Source of the DNA: Thainema sp.
Lineage (GTDB): Bacteria; Cyanobacteriota; Cyanobacteriia; Phormidesmidales; Phormidesmidaceae
DNA length: 64,000 nt
Reading direction: 5' to 3'
NCBI GenBank assembly: GCA_052168235.1
Contig: JBQLZK010000017.1
Coordinates: 1 to 64,000, forward strand
The position numbers and the translations under genes are program-made. This document shows, one piece after another, positions 10,521-20,048 of the stretch. Below the pieces are notes generated by a model, which did no database searches, was not told the DNA's origin, and saw only the letters and a program-made list of their open reading frames with translations. How positions within the stretch are numbered: position 1 is the stretch's first letter; each line of letters opens with the position of its first letter.

Positions 10521-11393
10521 TCAGCGGTTTTCGCCCTCTGGCATCGGCAGAGGCGCGCGCCGTTCGCGGTAGGGCATGGGGATGTACTGTACCGAGGGAC
10601 GGCCCATCTGCGGCTGAGGATAGAGATCCATCAGGTCGTAGATTGCGCGGGGCAAATCCGTTGAAATCGGTAATCCCAGCTCTCTTGCCTCCTCAACAGA
10701 GATGGGATAGTCGTGGGTAACAGCTCCGGTCGTTAGCTTTTCAATGATGTGATCGATATTGGCGGGATCAATTTTCTGGCGAGGAATGCTGTCCTCTAGC
10801 AAAACGCGCACAAATCGCTGCACCTGAGCTGTCGCTTTGCGGGCTACATCGGCCATCACCAGCGTCTCGTCGTCAATTTCACTGATGGGTTTTTCTTCAA
10901 CCACTTTAATTAGGCTAGCGGCAGGTAGGTTGCCCAGTTGCGGATCGACGGGGCCAAGCACCGCATTCTCATCCATGACGATTTCATCAGCAGCTAGAGC
11001 CAGCATCGTGCCGCCGCTCATGGCGTAGTGGGGCACAAACACGGTGACCTTGGCCTGATGCCGAATCAGGGCGCGGCCAATTTGCTCGGTGGCGAGCACC
11101 AATCCACCAGGAGTATGCAAAATTAGATCAATCGGAACATTGGGCGGCGTCAGGCGAATTGCTCGCAGCACTTGTTCAGAGTCTTCAATGCTAATGTAGC
11201 GAGAAAGAGGAATGCCGAGCAGGCTGACGGATTCTTGCCGATGAATCAGTAGGATGGTTCGGCTATTGCGAGTACGCTCAAACGATTGAATGGCACTGAC
11301 TCGTTTTTGCTCTGTCCGGCGACGCTGAATAACGGGCTGCAGCGATGTAATCACCAGAAAAACCCAAAATAAATCGAAAAAGTTGAAGTCCAT
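10521..11393 (-). CDS. SDH-family (ClpP/crotonase-fold) serine protease, membrane-anchored
   Basis: N-terminal TM; LILHTPGG, YAMSGGT, LGPVDPQ, THDYPI motifs. Confidence 0.88.
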   Translation of the reverse strand: MDFNFFDLFWVFLVITSLQPVIQRRRTEQKRVSAIQSFERTRNSRTILLIHRQESVSLLGIPLSRYISIEDSEQVLRAIRLTPPNVPIDLILHTPGGLVLATEQIGRALIRHQAKVTVFVPHYAMSGGTMLALAADEIVMDENAVLGPVDPQLGNLPAASLIKVVEEKPISEIDDETLVMADVARKATAQVQRFVRVLLEDSIPRQKIDPANIDHIIEKLTTGAVTHDYPISVEEARELGLPISTDLPRAIYDLMDLYPQPQMGRPSVQYIPMPYRERRAPLPMPEGENR

Positions 11394-11688
11394 AGATCGT
11401 AATCATTGAGCGATACCTTCAGGATATTAGTTATCTGTAGAGAACTCGGCGTCTATCTTGTGGCTTGATTTCGGTTCAAACTGCGATCGCAGTTTGTCTC
11501 ACCTGGCATAGAGGCGCGATCGCACTTCTTCCCGTGCAACAGGCCCATTCAACAGAAATGTTTAAGGATTGATAACTTGTTTACCGCAGACGATGACATT
11601 AGTGATTCATTGGGAACATTGAAAATAGTCATCTTTCAAGATCTGACGGCATTTCACAAAACCACACTCTGCACTCGGCGCAACAACT

Positions 11689-12372
11689 ATGGTGACCGCA
11701 ACACAAAATCAGCACATCCTGCACAAGCGACGCCCCAAAAAGCATAATCACTACGGGTTTCGTGATTTCTTCCAGTTCGATCCAGAGCGCGGCGTGATTC
11801 TGGACTGGAACGACTGCCAAAACGTCCTGACCAGCGAAGACTTCATCATCGGTCTGCAAGAAGGACTAGAGGAAGAAGTGGGCGATGCGTCCGCTGCGAT
11901 CATGTACACCATCGGTCAAGAATGGGGCCAGCGGGACGCCTTTTTCTTTGAAAAATGGTTTGAAAAAGAGTTCGATCGCAACATTCGGCAAACTAACCTG
12001 CTGTTTTTGCTGGAAACCTGGTGGTGGCCTTTCACATCGCAGGGCTGGGGCCGCTGGGAAGTGGATCTAGAAGACCGCAAGCAGGGCTTCATGTTCATCA
12101 ATTTATTTGACTCGGCAGTTGCGCGCACCCTGGGCGATGTCGGTAAACCCGTATGCTTCCTCTATGCCGGACTGTTTGCCGGCTTCTTTACCGAGCTGGT
12201 GAAAAAGCAGTTGAGCTGCATTGAAATTCAGTGCTACTCCATGGGCGAAACCTACTGCAAATTCCTCCTGGGTGGCCAAGACCGAATTGACGCCGCTTCC
12301 TTCTGGATGAACGAAGGGGCAACCGCTCGCGATATCGAAAAACGGCTGCGTTCTGGGGAGCGACTGGGCTAA
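11689..12372 (+). CDS. V4R-domain protein (Slr0144-like)
   Basis: GWGRW, PVC.LYAG.FAGFF, CIEIQC...G..YC V4R motifs. Confidence 0.85.
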   Translation: MVTATQNQHILHKRRPKKHNHYGFRDFFQFDPERGVILDWNDCQNVLTSEDFIIGLQEGLEEEVGDASAAIMYTIGQEWGQRDAFFFEKWFEKEFDRNIRQTNLLFLLETWWWPFTSQGWGRWEVDLEDRKQGFMFINLFDSAVARTLGDVGKPVCFLYAGLFAGFFTELVKKQLSCIEIQCYSMGETYCKFLLGGQDRIDAASFWMNEGATARDIEKRLRSGERLG

Positions 12373-12704
12373 TGATGGCATCTGTATCGGCCAATAATGG
12401 TAACGGACACCGAGCTACAGGCGAATCCGCCGCTTGGCTCCAGCTTTCGGTACGGCAGTTTTTTGAGCAGTGCAACTGGGACGGACGTGCGATCGCACCT
12501 ACCGCTTCTCCGGTTTCAGACGACGCTACTGTATCGGATACGTCCCTCAACCTAACGCTGAGCGTGCGGCAATTCTTCGATGAATTTCCCTGGGAAGGCA
12601 AACCTGCGATCGCAGCTCCTGTCTTGTTTGATGCACTGGAAGCTGACGATGACATAGCTGAAAGCGACATTACGCTGGAAGACATCACCGATTTGTTTGG
12701 GTAA
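12372..12704 (+). CDS. hypothetical protein with a duplicated LSVRQFF..W.G motif (Slr0145-like)
   Basis: overlaps the upstream stop (TAATG); repeats LSVRQFFEQCNWDG and LSVRQFFDEFPWEG; acidic tail. Confidence 0.75.
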   Translation: MMASVSANNGNGHRATGESAAWLQLSVRQFFEQCNWDGRAIAPTASPVSDDATVSDTSLNLTLSVRQFFDEFPWEGKPAIAAPVLFDALEADDDIAESDITLEDITDLFG

Positions 12705-12819
12705 TTCAGGCCAACCCACTACCAACTAACCCCCTATCCACCATCAACCTTACTGCCACGAGTCATACCAAACTCCCCCACCTCTTATCTCGCCCGTTAC
12801 AACCCCTGAGAAACCAACC

Positions 12820-13281
12820 ATGAATTCCAACATTGAAACCCTGCTTGATGCAGCAGAAGATCGCTATCTTAAACCGGAAGAACTGACTGCCCTCGATCAA
12901 TATGTCACCTCGCTCTCCGATCGGTTGGCGGTGTATCGTACATTGCGCGATCAAGAAGTGCAGATTATGCAGCCCGTAGCCGATCAGCTCCAGGCTCAGT
13001 GCGCTCAAGAACCGACCGAAAAGCTAGAGCGCTGCATCAAAAATGCCCTGCTGGTGCTGCGCTACTGTGCAATGGCGATGCTGCTGGATGATGAAAATTT
13101 CGTGTGCGATCGCATCTCCGGTTGGCTCACCGAAGTCACCCATGCCTACAGCACCCAAGCCATTGATCAGCAGCTTTATCGACTACTAGAGGCAAAGCTT
13201 GTCCAAACCCTACCCACCAATCAAGTCGCCTTGCTCAAGCCCCACCTCCAATCCGCCCAGGCCGTACTAACAGCTATCTAA
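12820..13281 (+). CDS. phycobiliprotein-like (globin-fold) protein (Slr0146-like)
   Basis: AEDRYL.PEEL..L and C....LVLRYCAMAML.DD resemble the N-terminus and chromophore helix of allophycocyanin. Confidence 0.8.
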   Translation: MNSNIETLLDAAEDRYLKPEELTALDQYVTSLSDRLAVYRTLRDQEVQIMQPVADQLQAQCAQEPTEKLERCIKNALLVLRYCAMAMLLDDENFVCDRISGWLTEVTHAYSTQAIDQQLYRLLEAKLVQTLPTNQVALLKPHLQSAQAVLTAI

Positions 13282-13380
13282 TCCGCCCGGATCTCAAAAT
13301 TCTCCATTGATAACATTCGCTTTTACTTCCTAATCCTCTCCTCCCCTAAGCCTTCTAAACGAGCCTTCTACGTAAGTCCT

Positions 13381-14037
13381 ATGATTTCTGTCGCTAATTT
13401 ACTTACCGAAAATCGGATTCCCGGCAACTACTTTGCCAGTGATGCCTATGTCCACAGTGATCTGGAATTAGGGCTGCTGGAAAATCGGCGGAGCGATCGC
13501 CTGCTGGCGCTGCCCGAAACCATGCTGCAAGCCATTTATGCCGGTTTAGAAAAAGAGACTGGACAGGCTGGAGGTCTGGTACTGGTTAACTGTGGTCGCT
13601 GGTGGGGCAAGAATTTTTATGCCCGCTTTTGCGAAGAAGTGAGCGACTACTACCGGGCTCCGCTGTCGGACATGCCGATGGTTGAGTTTTTGCAGTGTCT
13701 GCGTCAGTGCTGGCAAACCCACGGCTGGGGCAAAATTGACCTGGATCAGACCTATCAGGCCAAGGGTTTTCTAGTCGTTGAGGTGCAAAATTCACCTTTT
13801 ATTAAGTTTGCATTGAAAGGGGATACACCCGTTGGCTATCTTGAATCTGGTGTGCTGAGCGCGTTCTTTGGTCAGCTAACGGGGCGTGATCTGGCCTGTG
13901 TGCAGACCAGTTGTGAATCCCAAGGCTGCGATCGCAACCGTTTTGTATTGGGTATTCCCAAGCGGATGGAAGCTATTGAGCAAAAGGTACTAGCCGGAGA
14001 ATCACACGATGCCATCATGCAGGCAATCACAGCTTGA
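13381..14037 (+). CDS. V4R-domain protein (Slr0147-like)
   Basis: HGWGKI, G.L..FF.QLTG..L.C.QT.C...G V4R motifs. Confidence 0.85.
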   Translation: MISVANLLTENRIPGNYFASDAYVHSDLELGLLENRRSDRLLALPETMLQAIYAGLEKETGQAGGLVLVNCGRWWGKNFYARFCEEVSDYYRAPLSDMPMVEFLQCLRQCWQTHGWGKIDLDQTYQAKGFLVVEVQNSPFIKFALKGDTPVGYLESGVLSAFFGQLTGRDLACVQTSCESQGCDRNRFVLGIPKRMEAIEQKVLAGESHDAIMQAITA

Positions 14038-14100
14038 CTTAAGGCCGCATCAGTCAAACATTTACAACTCAACATTACCGAATGAGGGCAGCGAGCCGCT

Positions 14101-16116
14101 GTGGCTGTATCGACTCGTTTAAAGCGTTCCCCCAAATATCGAATATTGGGTCTAATTGGCCAAGGACAGTTTGGCCAAGTGTTTTGTGCGGTACATCGTA
14201 AAACTGGGCAGTTTGTTGCCCTGAAGAATTTAGACCACTATCGGTTTCCTACCCACAAGTTTCTGCGGGAACTACGATTCTTACTCAGCCTTCAGCACCC
14301 CAATATCGTCAACTGCCAATCCCTGGAGCATACGGCTACGGGACGCTATTTGGTCATGGACTACTGTGAGGGTGGCACCCTGCGGCAGTTGATGAATATG
14401 GGTGGTACGTTAACGCTGATCCAAAAAGTTGGCCTCATCGACGATGTGCTGGCGGGGCTGCAGCATGCCCACAGTCGCGGCATTATCCACTGTGATATTA
14501 AACCTGAAAACATTCTGCTGACCCTGAAACCAGGTACTTGGCAAGCTCACATCTCTGACTTTGGCATTGCCCGCCTGACGCAAAATGAATCGATGCAAGC
14601 TGGCAGTAATACGGGGTCTCCAGCTTATATGGCTCCTGAGCGCTTTTATGGACAATATTCTTTGCTGTCTGATCTGTATGCAGTAGGAGTTATGCTCTAT
14701 GAGCTAATTCTGGGCGACCGTCCGTTTAGCGGTACGCCGCAAGAGTTAATGACGGCTCATCTCAATCAGCCAGTTGTTCTGCCAAATGAGATACCGATTG
14801 AGTTGCAAACCATTGTGCGGACGGCCCTGCAAAAGCTGCCTGCCCGTCGATTTCGCTCAGCGGCGGACATGCTGCAGGCGCTCCAGTCGCTGACACCTCA
14901 GCAATTGCAGCAGACAGAACAGCAGTTAGCGCTGCGATCACAACAGCTACGATTTGCCAATGCCCGCCATTTAGAAGATTGGGAAATTCGAGCTGCGGTG
15001 AATGCCGCTCGCAAATCGGTTGCTGTCCGGCCACAGTCTGTTTGTTCACTCTCGTCGCCGCTGATGGCAATGGCCAGTTTCTCAACCACGTTGGCTCGTC
15101 ACACGCCGAGTGACGCGGCTGGTCTTGTACAGCACCTGGTACAGATGAGCCCATCGGAGTGTGCCTATATTCAGTACCGTTCCGACGCACTCACCGCCGC
15201 TGAACCCTATAGACAGCAACCGATTAGCACTCCCTTGACTGAACGAGTTCGGGAACTGGCTCCAGTGCCGCAGGGCTGTTTTATCATCAAAGCTCATGCG
15301 GTTGAGTTTTTTCCTTGGCCGTCTAACTCTACGTCATCTGCGTCAACGACACAGGTAGTCCCACTGCAGCCCACATCGGTGATTCAGTTTAAGTACAACA
15401 GCCAGGTGGTTGTTCATGCCGCAGGACACTGGCTGGCTGCTTTAACCGCCGAATCAGCTAAACAGCTGCAGACCTGCCGCTGGCAGTATGATCTAGCTAC
15501 ACAAACGGTCAACGTTTCTGACCTGCGATCGCACCAATTATCTCTGTCCAATTCGTCCCTCACAGGCGCGAAATTGCTGCCGCTGGATGATCGTCATCTA
15601 GCCGTTATGCAGCAATTTCGAACTGATTCAGCTCCATCAAAAGCTATACCGTCTGAAGCCGTGTCAAAAGCTTCAGCTTCCAGATCAACGGCGCATACTC
15701 AGCTCCAGGTTTTCACCCGGCGCGACACTCGATTAGGCTCCATTCGGATCAATGTGCCGATTGAGCAAGCGATCATGACGACTCGCCCTTATCGGCTGTT
15801 GGCAGTTGAGCAGGGGAATCAGCAAGCCATTGTGTTAATTGACCTCAAACCGTTTTATGCTCAGCGAATTGGGGTAGGCATTGTGCCTGTTTGTCTGCAC
15901 GCCACCAGTTGGGGCTACATCTTAGCCGCAGAAAACGGTGAGATTGTGCTAATCAACCACGATACCGAAATCGTTGGTCGCTTAGCTGGTCCCGCTTATC
16001 CCAGTGCGATCGCAACTTTCAACGGCTACGGTCTGCTCATCGCAACCTGGAATGGACGACAGGGACAGCTCCACACCATTGATCTACGCGAACTAGACAT
16101 TGACTTAATCTTTTGA
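14101..16116 (+). CDS. Ser/Thr protein kinase (SpkG-like) with a beta-rich C-terminal region
   Basis: GQGQFG, VALK, HCDIKPEN, DFG, YMAPE, DLYAVG Hanks motifs. Confidence 0.9.
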   Translation: MAVSTRLKRSPKYRILGLIGQGQFGQVFCAVHRKTGQFVALKNLDHYRFPTHKFLRELRFLLSLQHPNIVNCQSLEHTATGRYLVMDYCEGGTLRQLMNMGGTLTLIQKVGLIDDVLAGLQHAHSRGIIHCDIKPENILLTLKPGTWQAHISDFGIARLTQNESMQAGSNTGSPAYMAPERFYGQYSLLSDLYAVGVMLYELILGDRPFSGTPQELMTAHLNQPVVLPNEIPIELQTIVRTALQKLPARRFRSAADMLQALQSLTPQQLQQTEQQLALRSQQLRFANARHLEDWEIRAAVNAARKSVAVRPQSVCSLSSPLMAMASFSTTLARHTPSDAAGLVQHLVQMSPSECAYIQYRSDALTAAEPYRQQPISTPLTERVRELAPVPQGCFIIKAHAVEFFPWPSNSTSSASTTQVVPLQPTSVIQFKYNSQVVVHAAGHWLAALTAESAKQLQTCRWQYDLATQTVNVSDLRSHQLSLSNSSLTGAKLLPLDDRHLAVMQQFRTDSAPSKAIPSEAVSKASASRSTAHTQLQVFTRRDTRLGSIRINVPIEQAIMTTRPYRLLAVEQGNQQAIVLIDLKPFYAQRIGVGIVPVCLHATSWGYILAAENGEIVLINHDTEIVGRLAGPAYPSAIATFNGYGLLIATWNGRQGQLHTIDLRELDIDLIF

Positions 16117-16259
16117 CCCTCCATAAAAAATCATGTTTGTTCAGTCCCCATGCATGACAGAATTTACGGCAGTGTGAGATTGTAGAGCAATATTTGGCAA
16201 TTTTGCCATCCCTGTTGGAGACATCTCGGCTGTGTGTCTCTGTTTCGTGGAGCCGAAAA

Positions 16260-16724
16260 ATGAAGTTTGAAACTGCCGCTCAGCAAGTCTGCTATGAGCA
16301 AATTGTGCCTTGGATGAATGAGCTATTTGGAGAAACGCTGCTGATTCTGGATGATGAGCCCGTTTTTATCAACAATTTTGGCTCAGCTGTGGCCTCAACT
16401 AAAATTATTCCCTGGGGAGATGAGGAATCGCTGATTGTCACCCGTGCTTACGTGGTAACAAATATTGATATTACGCCGGATCTGACGTATTACTTGCTGC
16501 GGGAAAACGACGGCATCTATTTTGGCCGCTTTGCGCTGGATTCCGAAAACGACATTGTGTTTGAACACAGCTTAGTTGGTTCTACCTGCGACAAGAAGGA
16601 GCTGCAAAATTCAGTCATGTCGGTAATTGAGTTTGCCGATGCTTATGATGATGAGATCGTGGTGCGCTGGGGTGGTCAGCGGGCTCTTGATCGGTGGACG
16701 GCCATGAGTGATCGTGGCAGTTAA
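16260..16724 (+). CDS. YbjN/type III chaperone-like domain protein
   Basis: YLLREN..IYFGRFALD, ADAYDDEIV.RWGG.RA pattern; likely ATG at 16260. Confidence 0.8.
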   Translation: MKFETAAQQVCYEQIVPWMNELFGETLLILDDEPVFINNFGSAVASTKIIPWGDEESLIVTRAYVVTNIDITPDLTYYLLRENDGIYFGRFALDSENDIVFEHSLVGSTCDKKELQNSVMSVIEFADAYDDEIVVRWGGQRALDRWTAMSDRGS

Positions 16725-16847
16725 TTGAGCGAGTTTATTGGGCTAGGCTTCCGTCACAAGTTCTACACCACTCGGCTGAGAAATTGAATATCATAGCAAC
16801 TGATTGCAAATTATTTGGCCCGCAGGCAGGGCGTAAATTAGGTCACT

Positions 16848-17849
16848 ATGGTTAAATTACGAGGCGCTTTAGGCCGTATTGTGCTGGTTGTTGGAACTGC
16901 GATCGCAATTATTCTGGTCTCAATCCAGCCCTGGTCAAATAATCCTGTCCGCTCCGCCTATTCTTCGGCCAACGAGTTTGACCCACTTAAACCGTCTCTG
17001 GTATCTCCCTTTGTGCAGGATTTGTCATCAACTTTGACAGAAGCAGTTGAGCAAACTCAGCGGTTCCATAAACAGGCTAAAACAACTCAGCCGACAACCA
17101 ATACCGCTGATCAGTCAGCTAAAGCTGCCTCTGCCTCCACGTCATCAAATTCATCTAAAGCGACCCAGCGTTCAGCTCACGAGGGTATCACCAACCCATC
17201 AACCACTAACTATACAACTACCACCGAGCAACCCGTTCCATCCCCAACCCAACTCGCCCAATCCACCCCGGATTACGTTCCTGCCACAGAAGTTGCCTGG
17301 GCCGACCCCACCAACTACGGCGAACGCTACGCCACTGATGCTTATGGCAATCCGGTCTACAACGACTTTATCGTGGTGCTGCATGAGACCGTTGGTTCGG
17401 CAGATAGCGCGATCAATACCTTCCGCACACCCCATCCTCGCGATGAGGATCAGGTCAGCTATCACACTCTAATTCGTCGTGATGGCACGGTTGTCTACAC
17501 TGTGCCGCCAGAGAAGCGAGCCTTTGGTGCTGGTAATTCGGTCTTTGATGGCCCCAATGGATCTGAAACGGTGGTAACGAATCTTGAGTTTCCGGGGTCG
17601 GTGAATAACTTTGCCTATCACATCTCGCTGGAATCGCCTTCTGATGGCCGAGGCAACAGTCGTACCCATAGCGGCTATACCGACAACCAATATCGTTCTT
17701 TAGCATGGTTAGTCGCACAAAGCACCGTGCCCGATTATCGCATTACTACCCACCGAGATGTGGATCGCTCCGGTTCCCGCCTTGATCCCCGCAGCTTTAA
17801 CGGTGAGTTATTTCTCACTCTGCTCCACCAATACGCTCGACCGGCCTAA
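16848..17849 (+). CDS. N-acetylmuramoyl-L-alanine amidase (Amidase_2), membrane-anchored or exported
   Basis: N-terminal TM, Thr/Ser/Pro linker, IVVLHET, SYH.LI.RDG, RAFGAG, ISLE, THRDVD...R.DP. Confidence 0.88.
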   Translation: MVKLRGALGRIVLVVGTAIAIILVSIQPWSNNPVRSAYSSANEFDPLKPSLVSPFVQDLSSTLTEAVEQTQRFHKQAKTTQPTTNTADQSAKAASASTSSNSSKATQRSAHEGITNPSTTNYTTTTEQPVPSPTQLAQSTPDYVPATEVAWADPTNYGERYATDAYGNPVYNDFIVVLHETVGSADSAINTFRTPHPRDEDQVSYHTLIRRDGTVVYTVPPEKRAFGAGNSVFDGPNGSETVVTNLEFPGSVNNFAYHISLESPSDGRGNSRTHSGYTDNQYRSLAWLVAQSTVPDYRITTHRDVDRSGSRLDPRSFNGELFLTLLHQYARPA

Positions 17850-17935
17850 CGCAGCCAATTTAAATCTCTAAGCCAAAACCGCCAATCCAAAATCCAAAAT
17901 CGGTACTTCCTCTTGCTCGTTTACTGTTCGAACTT

Positions 17936-19441
17936 GTGACCCATTCTCCTCGCCAAGCGGCCTTTCTAGCGCTCAAAGCCATCAACCAGAAGCAAGCCTA
18001 TGCCGATATTGCACTTGATCAGGTGTTGCAGCGTAGCCAGCTTTCAGCCCGCGATCGCAGATTGGCGACCGAATTGGTTTACGGCAGCGTTCGCCGCCAG
18101 CGCACTCTTGATGCATTGATCAATCAGCTTGCAACCAAACCCGCAGATCAGCAGCCTCCAGATCTGCGTCTGATTCTGCATCTGGGCTTATATCAACTGC
18201 GCTATTTGACTCAAATTCCCGCCCGCGCCATCGTCGATACTACTGTTGAACTGGCCAAGGATAACCGCCTGAAGCGTCTGTCCGGCGTCGTCAATGGCAT
18301 CCTGCGCCAGTACGACCGCCTTACTCAATCCGTTCCAGTACCCAACCCCAATTCCCAACCAAATCAACCATCACCCCACTCCCAAGCAACAACTCCCACC
18401 GAAACAGCATCCCCATCAACTATCAACCATTCCTCGACCACCAACCACTCTTCATCAAGCATTACCCCTTCCCCATCAACGCCCACTGACCCCCTCCACC
18501 TCCCCGCCAACCCCGCTGAACGGCTTGGCATTCTCCACAGCTACCCCACCTGGATTGTGCAAGTTTGGTACGACCAATTGCAGGACTGGGCCGCAGTCGA
18601 GCGGCTTTGCCAGTATATGAACCAGACGCCCAGTTTGGATTTGCGCGTTAACCCGCTCAAAACCACAATGGCCGAGGTGATGACCGCCTTTGAAGATGCG
18701 GGAATTGCTGTTCAACCCACCCACATTCCCTGGTGCCTGCGCCTAGATGGTCATGCGGGCAATGTGGCAAAACTGCCAGGATTTGAGCAGGGCTGGTGGA
18801 CTGTACAAGATCAAAGCGCGCAGCTCGTTGCTTATTTACTCGATCCGCAATCGGATGAAACAGTGATTGATGCCTGTGCGGCTCCGGGCGGCAAGACGAC
18901 CCAAATGGCCGAACTGATGGGCGACCAAGGCAAAATCTGGGCCTGCGATCGCTATTCCTCCCGATTGAAAAAAGTGCAGCAAAACTGTGATCGCATCGGC
19001 TTGCAATCTGTTCAACTGCGGGCAGGCGATAGCTGCGATATGCCCGACTTTAAGCAGACGGCAGATCGGGTACTGCTGGATGCGCCCTGTTCCGGTCTCG
19101 GTACACTGCACCGCCATGCCGATGCTCGCTGGCGACAGACGCCGGATTCAATTCAGGATTTAGCGAAACTTCAGCAGGCGTTTTTAGAATCAACCGCCAC
19201 TTGGGTTAAGCCTGGAGGCTGCCTGGTGTATTCGACCTGTACGCTCCATCCCGCCGAGAATGAGCAGGTTGTGCAGCAGTTTCTCGCCACACATTCCGAT
19301 TGGCGTGTTGAATCCCCTGAAGATCCTCTGTTTCAGCCCTATATAACGTCTGATGGCTGGCTAAAAGTCTGGCCCCATCAAGCTCAGATGGATGGCTTCT
19401 TTATGGTCAAATTGCAGCATGTTGGTGATGCCTCTCAATAG
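17936..19441 (+). CDS. rsmB: 16S rRNA m5C967 methyltransferase
   Basis: NusB-like N-domain; VQD.SAQ, DACAAPGGKT, LLDAPCSGLG, LVYSTCT, DGFF; contains a Pro/Ser/Thr insertion. Confidence 0.93.
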   Translation: MTHSPRQAAFLALKAINQKQAYADIALDQVLQRSQLSARDRRLATELVYGSVRRQRTLDALINQLATKPADQQPPDLRLILHLGLYQLRYLTQIPARAIVDTTVELAKDNRLKRLSGVVNGILRQYDRLTQSVPVPNPNSQPNQPSPHSQATTPTETASPSTINHSSTTNHSSSSITPSPSTPTDPLHLPANPAERLGILHSYPTWIVQVWYDQLQDWAAVERLCQYMNQTPSLDLRVNPLKTTMAEVMTAFEDAGIAVQPTHIPWCLRLDGHAGNVAKLPGFEQGWWTVQDQSAQLVAYLLDPQSDETVIDACAAPGGKTTQMAELMGDQGKIWACDRYSSRLKKVQQNCDRIGLQSVQLRAGDSCDMPDFKQTADRVLLDAPCSGLGTLHRHADARWRQTPDSIQDLAKLQQAFLESTATWVKPGGCLVYSTCTLHPAENEQVVQQFLATHSDWRVESPEDPLFQPYITSDGWLKVWPHQAQMDGFFMVKLQHVGDASQ

Positions 19442-19642
19442 GTTCATGTTGATTTGGAAAAACTAACATGAAAGCACCTGGTTGGGTCATGCCTGTGATT
19501 AAATTACTCATTTAAAGTGTTATTAAAGCCAGATTTTATGGTGTAAATTCAGCTCAATTTTAACCTGTGAGTTAGTGATTTAAATCTGCAAGTTGGAATT
19601 GCTGAAGTCCATTATATTACTGAAGTTTTAAACACTATTGCT

Positions 19643-19978
19643 ATGACAATTACCCCACCCCGTCTACCCACTCAATTAGCTTCATCCACTCAGCTAAAGT
19701 CCTCAAGATTGCCATCCTATGTTTCGGCTGACGGCTCAATTAATAGAAAGGTAGCTTTTTCCTCAGTTGGTGCAGCACTAGGCTCAATAGCGAGCCTATT
19801 CTTGGCGACGTTTCTATTAAATTTACCTATTCTTGCCAATATCTCGCCAGAAGATAAGGGTGCATTGAAGGCAAGCTTGACATCGGGACTCACTGCGATC
19901 GCAACTTTGGCCATTGGCTATTACACCAAACCCGGCGCTAGCGATCAGATCGTAGAAAAAGAAAACCAGAACAGTTGA
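19643..19978 (+). CDS. small two-TM membrane protein (possibly holin-like)
   Basis: 111 aa, two hydrophobic helices, charged C-terminal tail. Confidence 0.6.
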   Translation: MTITPPRLPTQLASSTQLKSSRLPSYVSADGSINRKVAFSSVGAALGSIASLFLATFLLNLPILANISPEDKGALKASLTSGLTAIATLAIGYYTKPGASDQIVEKENQNS

Positions 19979-20048
19979 CAACACTAGGTACAAGCAGAGT
20001 ATTCTGACTTACCATACAATTGTTCTTCACTAGATTGTCGCGCTCTCG

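Noticed and set aside
16848..19978. Amidase plus holin-like gene as a phage lysis cassette
   Set aside because: They are separated by rsmB, and the amidase has its own membrane anchor and looks like a host enzyme
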